Notes under the pieces: generated by a model
What the model saw: the letters and a program-made list of their open reading frames with translations, nothing else
Databases searched by the model: none
What the model was told of the DNA's origin: nothing
In this document: positions 1 to 7,925 of the stretch, piece after piece
How positions within the stretch are numbered: position 1 is the first letter of the stretch
Layout of the letters: the number at the start of each line of letters is the position of its first letter
Source of the DNA: Dehalococcoidia bacterium
GTDB taxonomy: Bacteria > Chloroflexota > Dehalococcoidia > UBA2247 > RBG-13-53-26
Reading direction: 5' to 3'
Assembly: GCA_041478915.1 (NCBI GenBank)
Contig: JBGOXA010000003.1
Span: 1-19,881, forward strand
DNA: 19,881 nucleotides
Translations under genes and position numbers: made by a program

Positions 1-60
1 AATGACTCCCCCCGCCATGCCCATGACCTGGCCCGTCTCCTCCGGGGACTTAATTGCCAT
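1..60 (-). CDS. possible 5' end (20 codons) of an unidentified CDS running off the left edge
   Basis: ATG at 60-58 on the minus strand has AAGG 5 nt upstream. It reads MAIKSPEETGQVMGMAGGVI and stays open to position 1. This is ambiguous: plus-strand frame 2..64 is also open (...PVSSGDLIAI*), so 60 nt cannot decide the strand. Confidence 0.25.
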   Translation of the reverse strand, partial: MAIKSPEETGQVMGMAGGVI

Positions 61-330
61 CTAAACCTTATTCCAGCCAGCCCAACCATCGACAGGAAAT
101 TCCTACCCCCCTTGATGAAGCAGGTTCTCATATTTCAGCGGGAGCTGACACTGTGCGGCATCTCGAATACTCTGCGGGTGTCCAAAGGCCTGAATATAGA
201 AGCTGCCTGTGGACAGTTGCGCTCTAGGTGCAGAACCCTCTGCTGAACTGGCACAATGCCGCCTGGTGATTAGTTCCGAGCTTTGATGTGAGCCTGGTTT
301 TGCCTCGACACTGTCCCTCGTTGCTAAGGA

Positions 331-360
331 TTGAATTTGAGGGTCTGGCCAAGATATACT
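331..360 (+). promoter_or_regulatory. candidate sigma70-type promoter for rpiB
   Basis: TTGAAT (331-336), 18-nt spacer, TATACT (355-360). It lies about 20 nt upstream of the rpiB SD and ATG. Confidence 0.35.
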
Positions 361-379
361 AGTAGCGCAAGGGGGAACC

Positions 380-823
380 ATGAAAATCGCCCTCGGCTGT
401 GATCATCGAGGCCTGCAACTTAAGCAAATGATCATCAACCTCATCACCGAGATGAGACATACCTACAAAGACTTCGGTTGCTATTATGACACCACCCGGG
501 TTGACTATCCTGACTTCGCGCAGAAGGTGGCGGAGGAGGTGGCTAACGGAGGATTCGATTGTGGCATTCTGGTATGCGGCACTGGCATTGGCATGTCCAT
601 TGCCGCAAACAAGGTGAAAGGCATAAGGGCAGCAAAATGCGATGACCTTTTTTCAGCGCGTCGCGCCCGGCAACATATCGACGCCAATGTACTCTGTCTG
701 GGACAGGACATAGTGGGACAAGAGTTAGCCAGAGAGATCGTACAGACCTTTCTCGCCACTGAATTTGAGGGGGGAAGACACGCTCAGCGTTTGGAAAAGA
801 TAAAGATTCTGGAGAACAGGTGA
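380..823 (+). CDS. rpiB: ribose-5-phosphate isomerase B (RpiB/LacAB family sugar-phosphate isomerase)
   Basis: 147-aa ORF. The N-terminus MKIALGCDHRG and the loop GILVCGTGIGMSIAANK (active-site Cys) are the RpiB signature as I recall it. A purine-rich SD (AAGGGGGA) lies just upstream of the ATG. Confidence 0.9.
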   Translation: MKIALGCDHRGLQLKQMIINLITEMRHTYKDFGCYYDTTRVDYPDFAQKVAEEVANGGFDCGILVCGTGIGMSIAANKVKGIRAAKCDDLFSARRARQHIDANVLCLGQDIVGQELAREIVQTFLATEFEGGRHAQRLEKIKILENR

Positions 824-830
824 GGCCACC

Positions 831-2744
831 TTGAAGATGAGGCAAAAGGCGAGGGTCCTCGATGCGGTCAACGGCCCAGCCGATTTGAGGCGCTTGTCCC
901 GCCGCCAGCTAGAAACCCTGGCCACCGAGATTCGAGAGGAACTGGTCACCCTTGTCGGAGTCACCGGGGGGCACCTGGCTTCCAATTTGGGAGTGGTTGA
1001 ACTCACCCTTGCGTTGCACCGCGTCTTTGATAGCCCCTCAGACAAGATTATCTGGGACGTAGGGCACCAGTCTTACGTCCACAAGATGTTGACCGGACGT
1101 AAACAGCGCCTTTCTACCCTCCGTCAGCATGGGGGCCTATCAGGGTTCCCTGCCCGCGACGAGAGCCCGCATGATGCTTTCGGAACCGGGCATGCCAGCA
1201 CATCCGTCTCCGCCGCCCTGGGCATGGCCATCGCCCGAGACCTGGTGGGTGACAGTTACCATGTAGTGGCAGTTATCGGCGATGGTGCTCTAGCCGGAGG
1301 AATGGCATTTGAGGGCCTGAACCATGCCGGCCAATTAGGCTCCAGGCTTATCGTGGTGCTAAATGATAATGGCATGGCAATTTCTCCCAGCGTCGGTGCT
1401 CTGGCCAAGGTGCTCAATAAGCTACGCCTGGATACTCGCCTCCGCTGGCCAGAAAAGGGCATGGAACGGGTCATCACCAGGTTACCCCTGGGCAAACGGG
1501 TAGGCAAGCGGGTCAAAATGGGGTTCAAGGGCTTTCTTTTACCCAGTATAATGTGGGAGGAATTGGGCTTTGCCTACCTGGGACCTGTCGATGGACACAA
1601 TATCGCTGACCTGGAGATGGCCTTGTACCAGGCGCGAAGCTACACGAAAGGCCCTGTCTTCATCCACGTCATCACCACTAAGGGCAAGGGATACGACCCA
1701 GCCGAGAAAGATGCCATCAGTTTCCATGGCATACCAGCCAACGGAAACCAGGGAAATGGCCCCACCTACAGTCAAATCCTGGGGCAAACCGTGCTGCGCA
1801 TCGCCCGGGAAAACCCCAGGGTGGTGGTCATCACGGCTGCCATGCTGGAGGGCACCGGGCTGGTTAACGTATCCAGGAAGCTCCCCAGTCGGGTATTTGA
1901 TGTGGGCATCTGCGAGCAGCATGCGGTCACCTTCGCCGCTGGCTTAGCCACGCAGGGATTCGTGCCTATTGTAGCCATCTATTCTACTTTCTTGCAGCGC
2001 GCTTTCGATCAGATACTCCACGATGTTTGTCTCCAGGAACTGCCGGTGGTTTTTGTTATCGACCGTAGCGGTATCGTAGCTGATGATGGGAAGACTCACC
2101 AGGGTAGTTTCGATCTTTCATACCTTGGCTGTATCCCCAACCTGATAGTCTCCGCTCCTAAGGATGAGAATGAACTTCAGCACCTAGTCTATACCGCCGT
2201 AAGGGCGAATCGCCCTATGGCGATCCGCTACCCTAAAGGCCCGGGGCCAGGAGCAGCGTTGGATAAGGTGCTGCAAGAACTTCCCATCGGCAAAGGAGAG
2301 CTTCTCCAAGATGGAAAGGATGTAGCCATCCTGGCTCTCGGCGCTATGGTATACCCTGCGCTGGAGGCAGCCAGAGAGCTGGAAGAGGCCGGGGTGGGGT
2401 GCAGGGTCATCAACGCGCGCTTCGCCAAGCCTCTGGACTCCAACCTCATCCTGGACACAGCTAGAGAGATCAAAAGGGTAATCACCGTAGAGGAGAATAC
2501 CGTTGCCGGAGGGTTTGGCAGCGCGGTGCTGCAGCTACTGGAAAGCTCCAGGACGCAGGGTGTCGCGGTGAAATGTCTGGGGCTTCCTGATACGTTTATA
2601 GAGCATGGCAGCCAGTCGCTCCTTCGTTCCAACTACGGCCTTGATGCTCCGGGGATAGCCCGTCAGGTTCTGGCATCTTTCCCCGAGCTTACCGCAGTCT
2701 CCAGGAGGAAAAACCTGGTGGCCAGTCCCTCTTCTTCGAAGTGA
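831..2744 (+). CDS. dxs: 1-deoxy-D-xylulose-5-phosphate synthase
   Basis: 637 aa. Has the Dxs-type N-terminus (VNGPADLRRLS), GHLASNLGVVELT, the ThDP motif IGDGALAGGMAFEGLNHAG...VLNDNGMAIS, and a transketolase-like C-terminal half. The start is TTG 831 (GTGAGG 5 nt upstream); ATG 837 is an alternative. Confidence 0.95.
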   Translation: MKMRQKARVLDAVNGPADLRRLSRRQLETLATEIREELVTLVGVTGGHLASNLGVVELTLALHRVFDSPSDKIIWDVGHQSYVHKMLTGRKQRLSTLRQHGGLSGFPARDESPHDAFGTGHASTSVSAALGMAIARDLVGDSYHVVAVIGDGALAGGMAFEGLNHAGQLGSRLIVVLNDNGMAISPSVGALAKVLNKLRLDTRLRWPEKGMERVITRLPLGKRVGKRVKMGFKGFLLPSIMWEELGFAYLGPVDGHNIADLEMALYQARSYTKGPVFIHVITTKGKGYDPAEKDAISFHGIPANGNQGNGPTYSQILGQTVLRIARENPRVVVITAAMLEGTGLVNVSRKLPSRVFDVGICEQHAVTFAAGLATQGFVPIVAIYSTFLQRAFDQILHDVCLQELPVVFVIDRSGIVADDGKTHQGSFDLSYLGCIPNLIVSAPKDENELQHLVYTAVRANRPMAIRYPKGPGPGAALDKVLQELPIGKGELLQDGKDVAILALGAMVYPALEAARELEEAGVGCRVINARFAKPLDSNLILDTAREIKRVITVEENTVAGGFGSAVLQLLESSRTQGVAVKCLGLPDTFIEHGSQSLLRSNYGLDAPGIARQVLASFPELTAVSRRKNLVASPSSSK

Positions 2745-2785
2745 GGATTCCCCGCATTTCAAGTCCACGGTCGCTGGAGAGTTAG

Positions 2786-3883
2786 ATGTCCTTACCGGAC
2801 TCATTCTCGCGCTATCAGGATGAACTCGAAGCAGAGCTCAGAGCGGTGATCGGTGGCGGCTTGTCACCACTATATACCATGATGCGCTACCATCTGGGGT
2901 GGATCGACGAAAAGAGTCAGAATCGGCAAAGCTCGGGGAAGATGTCACGCCCTAGCCTTTGTCTCCTCGCCTGCGAGGCGGTGGGGGGTGATTGGCATTC
3001 TGCGCTGCCAGCAGCCGCCGCCATCGAGCTTATTCATAACTTCTCGCTGATCCACGATGATATACAGGACAGGAGCTGGGAGCGGCGGAATCGGCCTGCG
3101 GTGTGGAAGCTATGGGGAGAAGCGCAGGGGATAAATGCTGGTGATGCTATGTATGCGCTGGCACAGCTTGCCCTCCTCAAGTTGGAGGAAAAAGGTACCC
3201 CCCCAGAAAAGGTAATCCTCCTTTTAAAGCGATTGGCCCAGGCTAGCATAGAACTCTGCGAGGGGCAATACCTGGATATTGCCTATGAGGATCGTCTTGA
3301 CGTTGGCACTGAGCACTACCTCGATATGATTGATAAGAAGACAGCCCATCTCTTCGAAGCCTCCCTGTGCTTTGGCGCTCTCCTGGGAACAGACAACCAC
3401 GCACAGGTTTCGGCTCTTTGCTCCTTCGGTAGGAATCTGGGCATGGCCTTCCAGGTGTACAACGACTTGCAAGGTATCTGGGGCGAGGGGAAGAGGACCA
3501 AGAAGTCCCCTTACACTGATGTCAGGAATAAGAAGAAGACCCTACCCATAATATATGCTCTGCAGAAGGCAAACGGCGAAGAAAGGGAGAGGCTAGTCGA
3601 GCTCTATGGCAAAACAAGAGTGCCAGCCAAAGACGTCCCCTTGGTACTGCGCATCCTTGACACCACTGGTGCCCGAGGATACGCAGAGAAGTTCAAGGAG
3701 CAGTATCATCTTCAGGCTCTCAAAGACCTTGCCCGGGCGGAAGTCCCTCCATTGTATCAACAGGAATTGAGGGAGGTAGCCGCCTTTCTGCTTCGAGAGG
3801 ATCTATCGATGAAAACTATCAATCGCAAAAAGCGCCTGGGGGGCAACGAGCCTGGCAAAGAAAAGGGGACGATATGGAAGTAA
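2786..3883 (+). CDS. polyprenyl diphosphate synthase family protein (trans-IPPS, GGPP-synthase-like, YHLGW subgroup)
   Basis: 365 aa. Has MRYHLGW, the first Asp-rich motif IHDDIQD (3056-3070) followed by RRNRP, and the second motif region FQVYNDLQGIWGE (variant, see findings). GGAG SD 6 nt upstream of the ATG. Confidence 0.85.
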   Translation: MSLPDSFSRYQDELEAELRAVIGGGLSPLYTMMRYHLGWIDEKSQNRQSSGKMSRPSLCLLACEAVGGDWHSALPAAAAIELIHNFSLIHDDIQDRSWERRNRPAVWKLWGEAQGINAGDAMYALAQLALLKLEEKGTPPEKVILLLKRLAQASIELCEGQYLDIAYEDRLDVGTEHYLDMIDKKTAHLFEASLCFGALLGTDNHAQVSALCSFGRNLGMAFQVYNDLQGIWGEGKRTKKSPYTDVRNKKKTLPIIYALQKANGEERERLVELYGKTRVPAKDVPLVLRILDTTGARGYAEKFKEQYHLQALKDLARAEVPPLYQQELREVAAFLLREDLSMKTINRKKRLGGNEPGKEKGTIWK

Positions 3884-4587
3884 TCCCCGCCATTGATCTC
3901 AAAGGGGGCAAATGCGTCCGCCTCTATCAAGGGGACTACAGGCAGGAAACCGTCTTCTCCGATGATCCTCTGGGTATGGCACTGCACTGGTCTTCCTCAG
4001 GGGCATCGAGGCTGCACCTCGTCGACCTTGATGGTGCAGCCAAAGGCGAGCCGCGTCATTGGCTCGTCATCGCCGAAATAGCCAAGGCGATCAACATTCC
4101 TGTACAGGTAGGTGGAGGTATCCGCCGCATGGAAACTATAGAGAGGTTGCTGGGCAGTGGCGTGGACAGGGTTATTCTGGGCACGGCGGCAATAGAGGAC
4201 CCAGAGCTGATCAAAGAAGCATGCCACCGTTTTGGAGAAGCCATTGTTGTTGGGGTCGACGCCAGAGATGGATATGTTGCCACCCATGGATGGAAAAGGA
4301 AAACCAGGTTTACTGCCATTGAACTGATTCAAGGGATGACGTCACTAGGGGCGAAACGCTTTATTTACACCGATATCAGCAGAGACGGCACCCTGAGCCA
4401 ACCCAACTTTGAAGTTATCGCTGAGCTAATCAGCACGACGAAGCTGCCTATTATTGCTTCAGGAGGTATCGCCTCAATAAGCCACCTTGTCAGGCTGAAG
4501 CAACTGGGGGCGGAAGGCGCTATCGTAGGGAGAGCGCTTTACACCGGAGACATAAGGCTAGAGGAGGCCTTGGCAGCCCTCCGATAA
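3874..4587 (+). CDS. hisA: 1-(5-phosphoribosyl)-5-[(5-phosphoribosylamino)methylideneamino]imidazole-4-carboxamide isomerase
   Basis: 237 aa. N-terminus MEVIPAIDLKGGKCVRLYQGDY; also LHLVDLDGA, VQVGGGIR, ASGGI and GAIVGRALY, typical of the HisA barrel. The ATG overlaps the preceding gene by 10 nt. Confidence 0.9.
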   Translation: MEVIPAIDLKGGKCVRLYQGDYRQETVFSDDPLGMALHWSSSGASRLHLVDLDGAAKGEPRHWLVIAEIAKAINIPVQVGGGIRRMETIERLLGSGVDRVILGTAAIEDPELIKEACHRFGEAIVVGVDARDGYVATHGWKRKTRFTAIELIQGMTSLGAKRFIYTDISRDGTLSQPNFEVIAELISTTKLPIIASGGIASISHLVRLKQLGAEGAIVGRALYTGDIRLEEALAALR

Positions 4588-4685
4588 GTTCGACAACAGT
4601 GAAGACATCGAGCGAACGGGCGGTAGGCCGATGGGGAAGGCCTTTATCCCTTTGCTGGTGACTTGTTAACAGGAAGGACGGTGCC

Positions 4686-4997
4686 TTGATGTTAAAATTA
4701 GACGAAAAGGGACTGATTCCGGCCATAATCCAGGACGCTGATTCCGGCGAGGTGCTGATGCTTGGTTACATGAACGAGGAGTCTTTGCGCAAGACCTTCG
4801 AGACACGGCAGGTATGGTTCTACAGTCGCAGCCGACAAGAGCTGTGGCATAAAGGAGCCACTTCGGGCAACTATCTCAACCTGGAGGCGGTGTGGAAGGA
4901 TTGCGATGAAGACACCCTGCTGGTTAAGGCCAGACCTGTTGGCCCCGTCTGTCACACCGGGAACAGGACCTGTTTTTTCCAGGAGCTAAAGCCTTAG
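4686..4997 (+). CDS. hisI: phosphoribosyl-AMP cyclohydrolase (monofunctional HisI)
   Basis: 103 aa with [30 protein letters not shown] and the C-terminal [10 protein letters not shown]. Start is TTG 4686 or ATG 4689, after GGAAGGA. Confidence 0.9.
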   Translation: MMLKLDEKGLIPAIIQDADSGEVLMLGYMNEESLRKTFETRQVWFYSRSRQELWHKGATSGNYLNLEAVWKDCDEDTLLVKARPVGPVCHTGNRTCFFQELKP

Positions 4998-5887
4998 CCA
5001 GCGGGCAAGACGCCCTCCTCAGGCTTGTCGGCCTCAATCACCCCCTTCAGGGCAGCAATGGCGGCTTCCAGTTGGCTATTGTCTGGCTCTCGGGTAACCA
5101 TTGCCTGTAGTACCAGGCCTGGGGCCAGAAGCGCCCGTACCACGCGATTATCTGCATGCCTGGCACCAAGATGGGTGATTTCGTAGCCAATAGCGGCAAT
5201 AATTGGGATGAGCGCAATACGGGACAGCAGGCGCAGCCACATTGCCTGGTGCCCCAGGAGAGCGAAAACGATGATAGCGAGAACCAATACGGTAAATACA
5301 AAAGCGGTTCCGCAACGAGCATGAGCCGTAGAGTATCCTCTGGCTGCCGCCACCTCCAGAGGGGCCTCATGTTCATAGGCATTGACTACCTTATGCTCGG
5401 CGCCGTGGTAGGCAAAGACTCTCCTGACATCGGGTATCAGATTCATGGCCCCAAGATAAACCAGGAAAATGCCGATACGGATGACGCCCTCTACTATGTT
5501 GCTCAGTAATGCCGAGTCGAGATAGGGATCAGCCAGGTGAGCCAGAGCCACCGGAGCCAGAAAGAAAAGGGCCACTCCGAAGCCGAAAGAGACAAGGAAT
5601 AACCCCCATGATTTGATGCCTGAAATCTCCACCTTCTCCTCTTCCAGGGATATGTTGGCGGACTCGAACAGGGCCTGTGTGCCCATAACCACGGTCTTGA
5701 TCAGAATAACTATACCTCGGAGCAGAGGTATTTTCTTCACCCCTCCGGTATAGGTATCTGGCAGGGGCTTAGTGATGAGCTTCAGCTCACCATTAGGGCG
5801 GCGCACTGCCATCGCCATGTTCCTCTGCCCCAGCATCATCACCCCTTCGATGACGGCTTGCCCCCCATAGTGGAATTCCTTTGACAA
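4994..5887 (-). CDS. DUF1385 domain-containing membrane protein (YqhQ-like)
   Basis: 297 aa with [19 protein letters not shown] and several hydrophobic segments. TTG start preceded by AGGAGG. Its position just downstream of rpmE matches what I recall for this family. The stop overlaps the hisI stop convergently by 4 nt. Confidence 0.8.
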   Translation of the reverse strand: MSKEFHYGGQAVIEGVMMLGQRNMAMAVRRPNGELKLITKPLPDTYTGGVKKIPLLRGIVILIKTVVMGTQALFESANISLEEEKVEISGIKSWGLFLVSFGFGVALFFLAPVALAHLADPYLDSALLSNIVEGVIRIGIFLVYLGAMNLIPDVRRVFAYHGAEHKVVNAYEHEAPLEVAAARGYSTAHARCGTAFVFTVLVLAIIVFALLGHQAMWLRLLSRIALIPIIAAIGYEITHLGARHADNRVVRALLAPGLVLQAMVTREPDNSQLEAAIAALKGVIEADKPEEGVLPAG

Positions 5888-5896
5888 GCTCCCTCC

Positions 5897-5932
5897 TGAT
5901 AATAAGAAGAGCGGAATCTCTTTCCGCTCTTC
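5897..5932 (-). terminator. intrinsic-terminator-like hairpin between rpmE and the DUF1385 gene
   Basis: Perfect 11-bp stem GAAGAGCGGAA/TTCCGCTCTTC (5906-5916 / 5922-5932) with a 5-nt loop. On the minus-strand transcript it is followed by TTATTAT. It lies about 47 nt after the rpmE stop. Confidence 0.5.
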
Positions 5933-5979
5933 AACTATCCTTTTCCCTCTAAGATTTTCTTAGACTTAGAATACGCCTA

Positions 5980-6201
5980 TCATGGCAACGGCTGAGACTG
6001 CCCTTTCTCGTACCGCCTTCTAAACCGCTCCACTCTTCCCGCCGTATCAACTATCCGTTGCTCGCCAGTGAAAAAGGGGTGGCATTTACTACATACCTCT
6101 ACCCTGATCTCCTTCTTGGTGGCTCCGGTGACGAAGGAGTTACCGCAGGCGCAGGTTACCTTGGCATTCGAATAATACTTAGGATGAATCTTGTCCTTCA
6201 C
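5980..6201 (-). CDS. rpmE: 50S ribosomal protein L31 (Zn-ribbon type)
   Basis: Contains KDKIHPKYY...CACGN...[13 protein letters not shown]...GRVERF. The ORF-track start at 6264 would add 21 non-L31 residues and overlap rpmA by 53 nt. GTG at 6201 (GAGG 8 nt upstream) gives the canonical (M)KDKIHP N-terminus and 73 aa. Confidence 0.9.
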   Translation of the reverse strand: MKDKIHPKYYSNAKVTCACGNSFVTGATKKEIRVEVCSKCHPFFTGEQRIVDTAGRVERFRRRYEKGQSQPLP

Positions 6202-6211
6202 TTTTCCAGCC

Positions 6212-6469
6212 TCAAGACGCCGAATATACGCTGACCTTCCTTTTATTCTTGCCAGCCGGTTCAAACTTGACCATGCCGTCGATTAGAGCAAAGATGGTAT
6301 AGTCCTTGCCCAGCCCGACGTTATTACCAGGATGGATGCGGGTGCCCCTCTGACGGATCAGAATATTCCCAGCACGCACCTTCTCGCCAGCATATCGCTT
6401 CACTCCCAGTCGCTTCGACTGGCTATCCCGACCGGCGCGTATACTGCCGCCACCTTTCTTGTGTGCCAT
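6212..6469 (-). CDS. rpmA: 50S ribosomal protein L27
   Basis: 85 aa, MAHKKGGGS...[16 protein letters not shown]. There is no N-terminal propeptide. The ATG overlaps the rplU stop (TAATG). Confidence 0.95.
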   Translation of the reverse strand: MAHKKGGGSIRAGRDSQSKRLGVKRYAGEKVRAGNILIRQRGTRIHPGNNVGLGKDYTIFALIDGMVKFEPAGKNKRKVSVYSAS

Positions 6470-6810
6470 TAGGTTTTACCTCCAGCTCGGGATGCCTCGC
6501 CCAGACTTATCTCTTTTATTGCCAGCCTGGTGTATCGCTGGCGATGCCCCGTCTTTCGACGGTACCTCACCTTAGGCTTATATTTGAATACGATTACTTT
6601 CTTGCCCTTTTCCTCTCCCAAGGCCTCAGCCACCACCTTTGCCCCTTCGATCAACGGCGTACCAACCCGCACCTTGTCCCCATCAGCGACGAGGAGCACC
6701 CTGTCCAACTCGACTTGGCCACCCTGATCCACTGGAAGGCGTTCCACTGAGATCACCTGTCCCGGGGCTACCTTATATTGCTTTCCGCCAGTTTCAATAA
6801 GCGCGTAAAT
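6469..6810 (-). CDS. rplU: 50S ribosomal protein L21, apparently initiated at ATT
   Basis: The ORF-track version (GTG 6756) lacks the conserved L21 N-terminus. The same frame continues upstream as (I)[17 protein letters not shown], the canonical [12 protein letters not shown] block. Between the in-frame TAA (6847-6849) and this block there is no ATG, GTG or TTG. ATT at 6810-6808 sits 8 nt after GGAG. Confidence 0.85.
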   Translation of the reverse strand: MYALIETGGKQYKVAPGQVISVERLPVDQGGQVELDRVLLVADGDKVRVGTPLIEGAKVVAEALGEEKGKKVIVFKYKPKVRYRRKTGHRQRYTRLAIKEISLGEASRAGGKT

Positions 6811-6843
6811 CGTTCTCTCTCCTGACTTTCGCTTCTTGAAAGA

Positions 6844-6873
6844 ATTTTACTATTCCTCCAGCTTCGCTGTCAA
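6844..6873 (-). promoter_or_regulatory. candidate promoter of the rplU-rpmA-rpmE operon
   Basis: On the minus strand: TTGACA (6873-6868), 18-nt spacer, TAAAAT (6849-6844), about 35 nt upstream of the proposed ATT start. Confidence 0.55.
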
Positions 6874-6988
6874 GCCGCGTGACTCGGCTCTATTCTGATT
6901 TGTATGGGAAAGGATAAGGTGGTAGAAGTCCAGGCAAAAGAAGAGGTTAAAGGAAAGGAGGTCTTACCACCAGTGGCTGACAGCCAAG

Positions 6989-7019
6989 AGGATAGTCCTT
7001 GACAGTGAAGGACTATCCT
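6989..7019. repeat. perfect 12-bp inverted repeat (hairpin) in ORF-free DNA
   Basis: AGGATAGTCCTT (6989-7000), loop GACAGTG, AAGGACTATCCT (7008-7019). Neither strand has a U-tract after it, so it is not a classical terminator. Confidence 0.9.
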
Positions 7020-7866
7020 GCTGGGGCTGGAAGAGTATAAGGTAAAAGTGGTAAGGGATGATGAACGAGGTATTGTAGGAATGGTAGGAGGGGTGGCTGC
7101 CTTTTTCACGGGTGTTTGGGGGTTACAGGCATGGGCAAAGCCAGCCGAGGAAGGTGCTTCATAGCTAGAGCAGGGCAAGAAGGTTTACCTCGAGGTACAC
7201 CGGAGGCGGTGGCGATGTCGGAGATGCCGCTGTTTTTCAGCGGTGGGGCAGAGCTAATACGACCCCTTACTCCAGGATTACCAGACAAACAGAGGCAGAA
7301 CCGCTGTGGCAGCTTAAGGGTCGGAGTTTTGCTCAGGTGGGGAGAGGGTTAGGGATAGGGTATACTTCCCTTGAAGGAGGGAAATAAACGAGCAGTCGCT
7401 GAGCCGCGTTGCCGATAAAGAGGAGACATACCTGGGCATTGGCGAACATGATCCTTAGCGCCTCTCCTATGGCCTAGGAAATGTGGAGGCCTACCGAAGA
7501 AAAATGCTCCTGGGGCTTGTACCATCCCGTGCCTCTTCCACATAGTTTGACATAGAGCCTTAATTCGGCAGGGATTGAGGATGTCCTTCCCTTTTGGCGG
7601 ACAATCTTGCTAGAACGCGATGCCAAAGAAAAGTGGTCAAGGGCATTACGGCCATCCCTTTGCTGACAAATCTTGGGTTTAAGCAGAAATCTAAGGTAAC
7701 GAATCGGGCACGGCATCACCACTAGGTGAAGGACGGGGAGATGTTAACCAACCGAATTTCTTGTTACCATGCGAGACGCAGCGTGGCTCCTTCGTTTACC
7801 GGTGCGCAGGTTGACGGATGGTGTGCGAGTAAGCCAAGGGCAGGCATTGCTCCAGGCCAGTAGCAA

Positions 7867-7895
7867 TTGACCTGCTCGGCAGTGAATGCTAGCAT
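7867..7895 (+). promoter_or_regulatory. candidate promoter for the crotonase-family gene
   Basis: TTGACC (7867-7872), 17-nt spacer, TAGCAT (7890-7895), with TGC directly upstream (extended -10-like). It lies 30 nt upstream of ATG 7926, which has GGAGG 6 nt upstream. Confidence 0.35.
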
Positions 7896-7925
7896 GGGCT
7901 GTATCACTACTAGAAGGAGGATGGT

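Noticed and set aside
103-381. 92-aa minus-strand ORF upstream of rpiB.
   Set aside because: Low-complexity, Ser/Ala/Gln-rich product with no SD or family resemblance. It overlaps the likely rpiB promoter.
4994-4997. The 4-nt convergent overlap of the hisI and DUF1385 stop codons, leaving no room for terminators.
   Set aside because: Convergent stop overlaps are common in compact genomes and suggest no special mechanism.
5980-6264. The long (94-aa) rpmE ORF and the short (95-aa, 6469-6756) rplU ORF as given in the track.
   Set aside because: The long rpmE adds a non-homologous N-terminus and overlaps rpmA. The short rplU deletes the conserved L21 N-terminus that is plainly encoded in frame upstream. 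They were replaced by 5980-6201 and 6469-6810.
6998-7010. Two in-frame TGA codons inside a perfect hairpin, considered as a possible selenocysteine recoding (SECIS) site.
   Set aside because: Bacterial SECIS hairpins lie immediately 3' of the UGA, not around it. The ORF has no SD at its ATG and no recognisable selenoprotein family, and no sel genes are in the window.
7186-7197. The 12-bp perfect palindrome TACCTCGAGGTA and a second CTCGAG-centred one, GGGCTCGAGCCC, at 18082-18093, considered as a shared protein-binding motif.
   Set aside because: About five perfect 12-bp palindromes are expected by chance in 20 kb. The two share only the CTCGAG core.
6918-7320. Blocks resembling RNase P RNA conserved regions, in the right order on the plus strand: AGAAGTCCAGGC vs GAAAGUCCGGGC, AAGGTAAAAGTGGTAAGGGA vs AAGGGUGAAAGGGUGCGGUAAGAGC, GAGCAGGGCAAGAAGG vs GAGCAAGGCCAAGCAGG, and GCAGAACC...GCTTAAG vs ACAGAACCCGGCUUA.
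   Set aside because: I could not build the essential P4 helix. Neither GTGGCAGCTT nor CCTGGGCATT pairs properly with AAGTCCAGG. The CR-I-like block also sits in the loop of an 8-bp local helix, and the GC-rich P1-P3 stems are missing. The matches are short and were found by fishing in purine-rich sequence. Only a cmscan could rescue this idea.
7345-7364. The tandem hexamer-like AGGGTT-AGGGAT-AGGGTA and its similarity to GTAGGGTTGAAAATAGGGTA at 9961-9980, next to the ISL3 fragment. Considered as a possible solo IS end.
   Set aside because: Only 14 matching bases in G-rich sequence, with no collinear flanking similarity. I cannot recall the ISL3 terminal repeat well enough to test it. It is left as a note for an ISfinder comparison.
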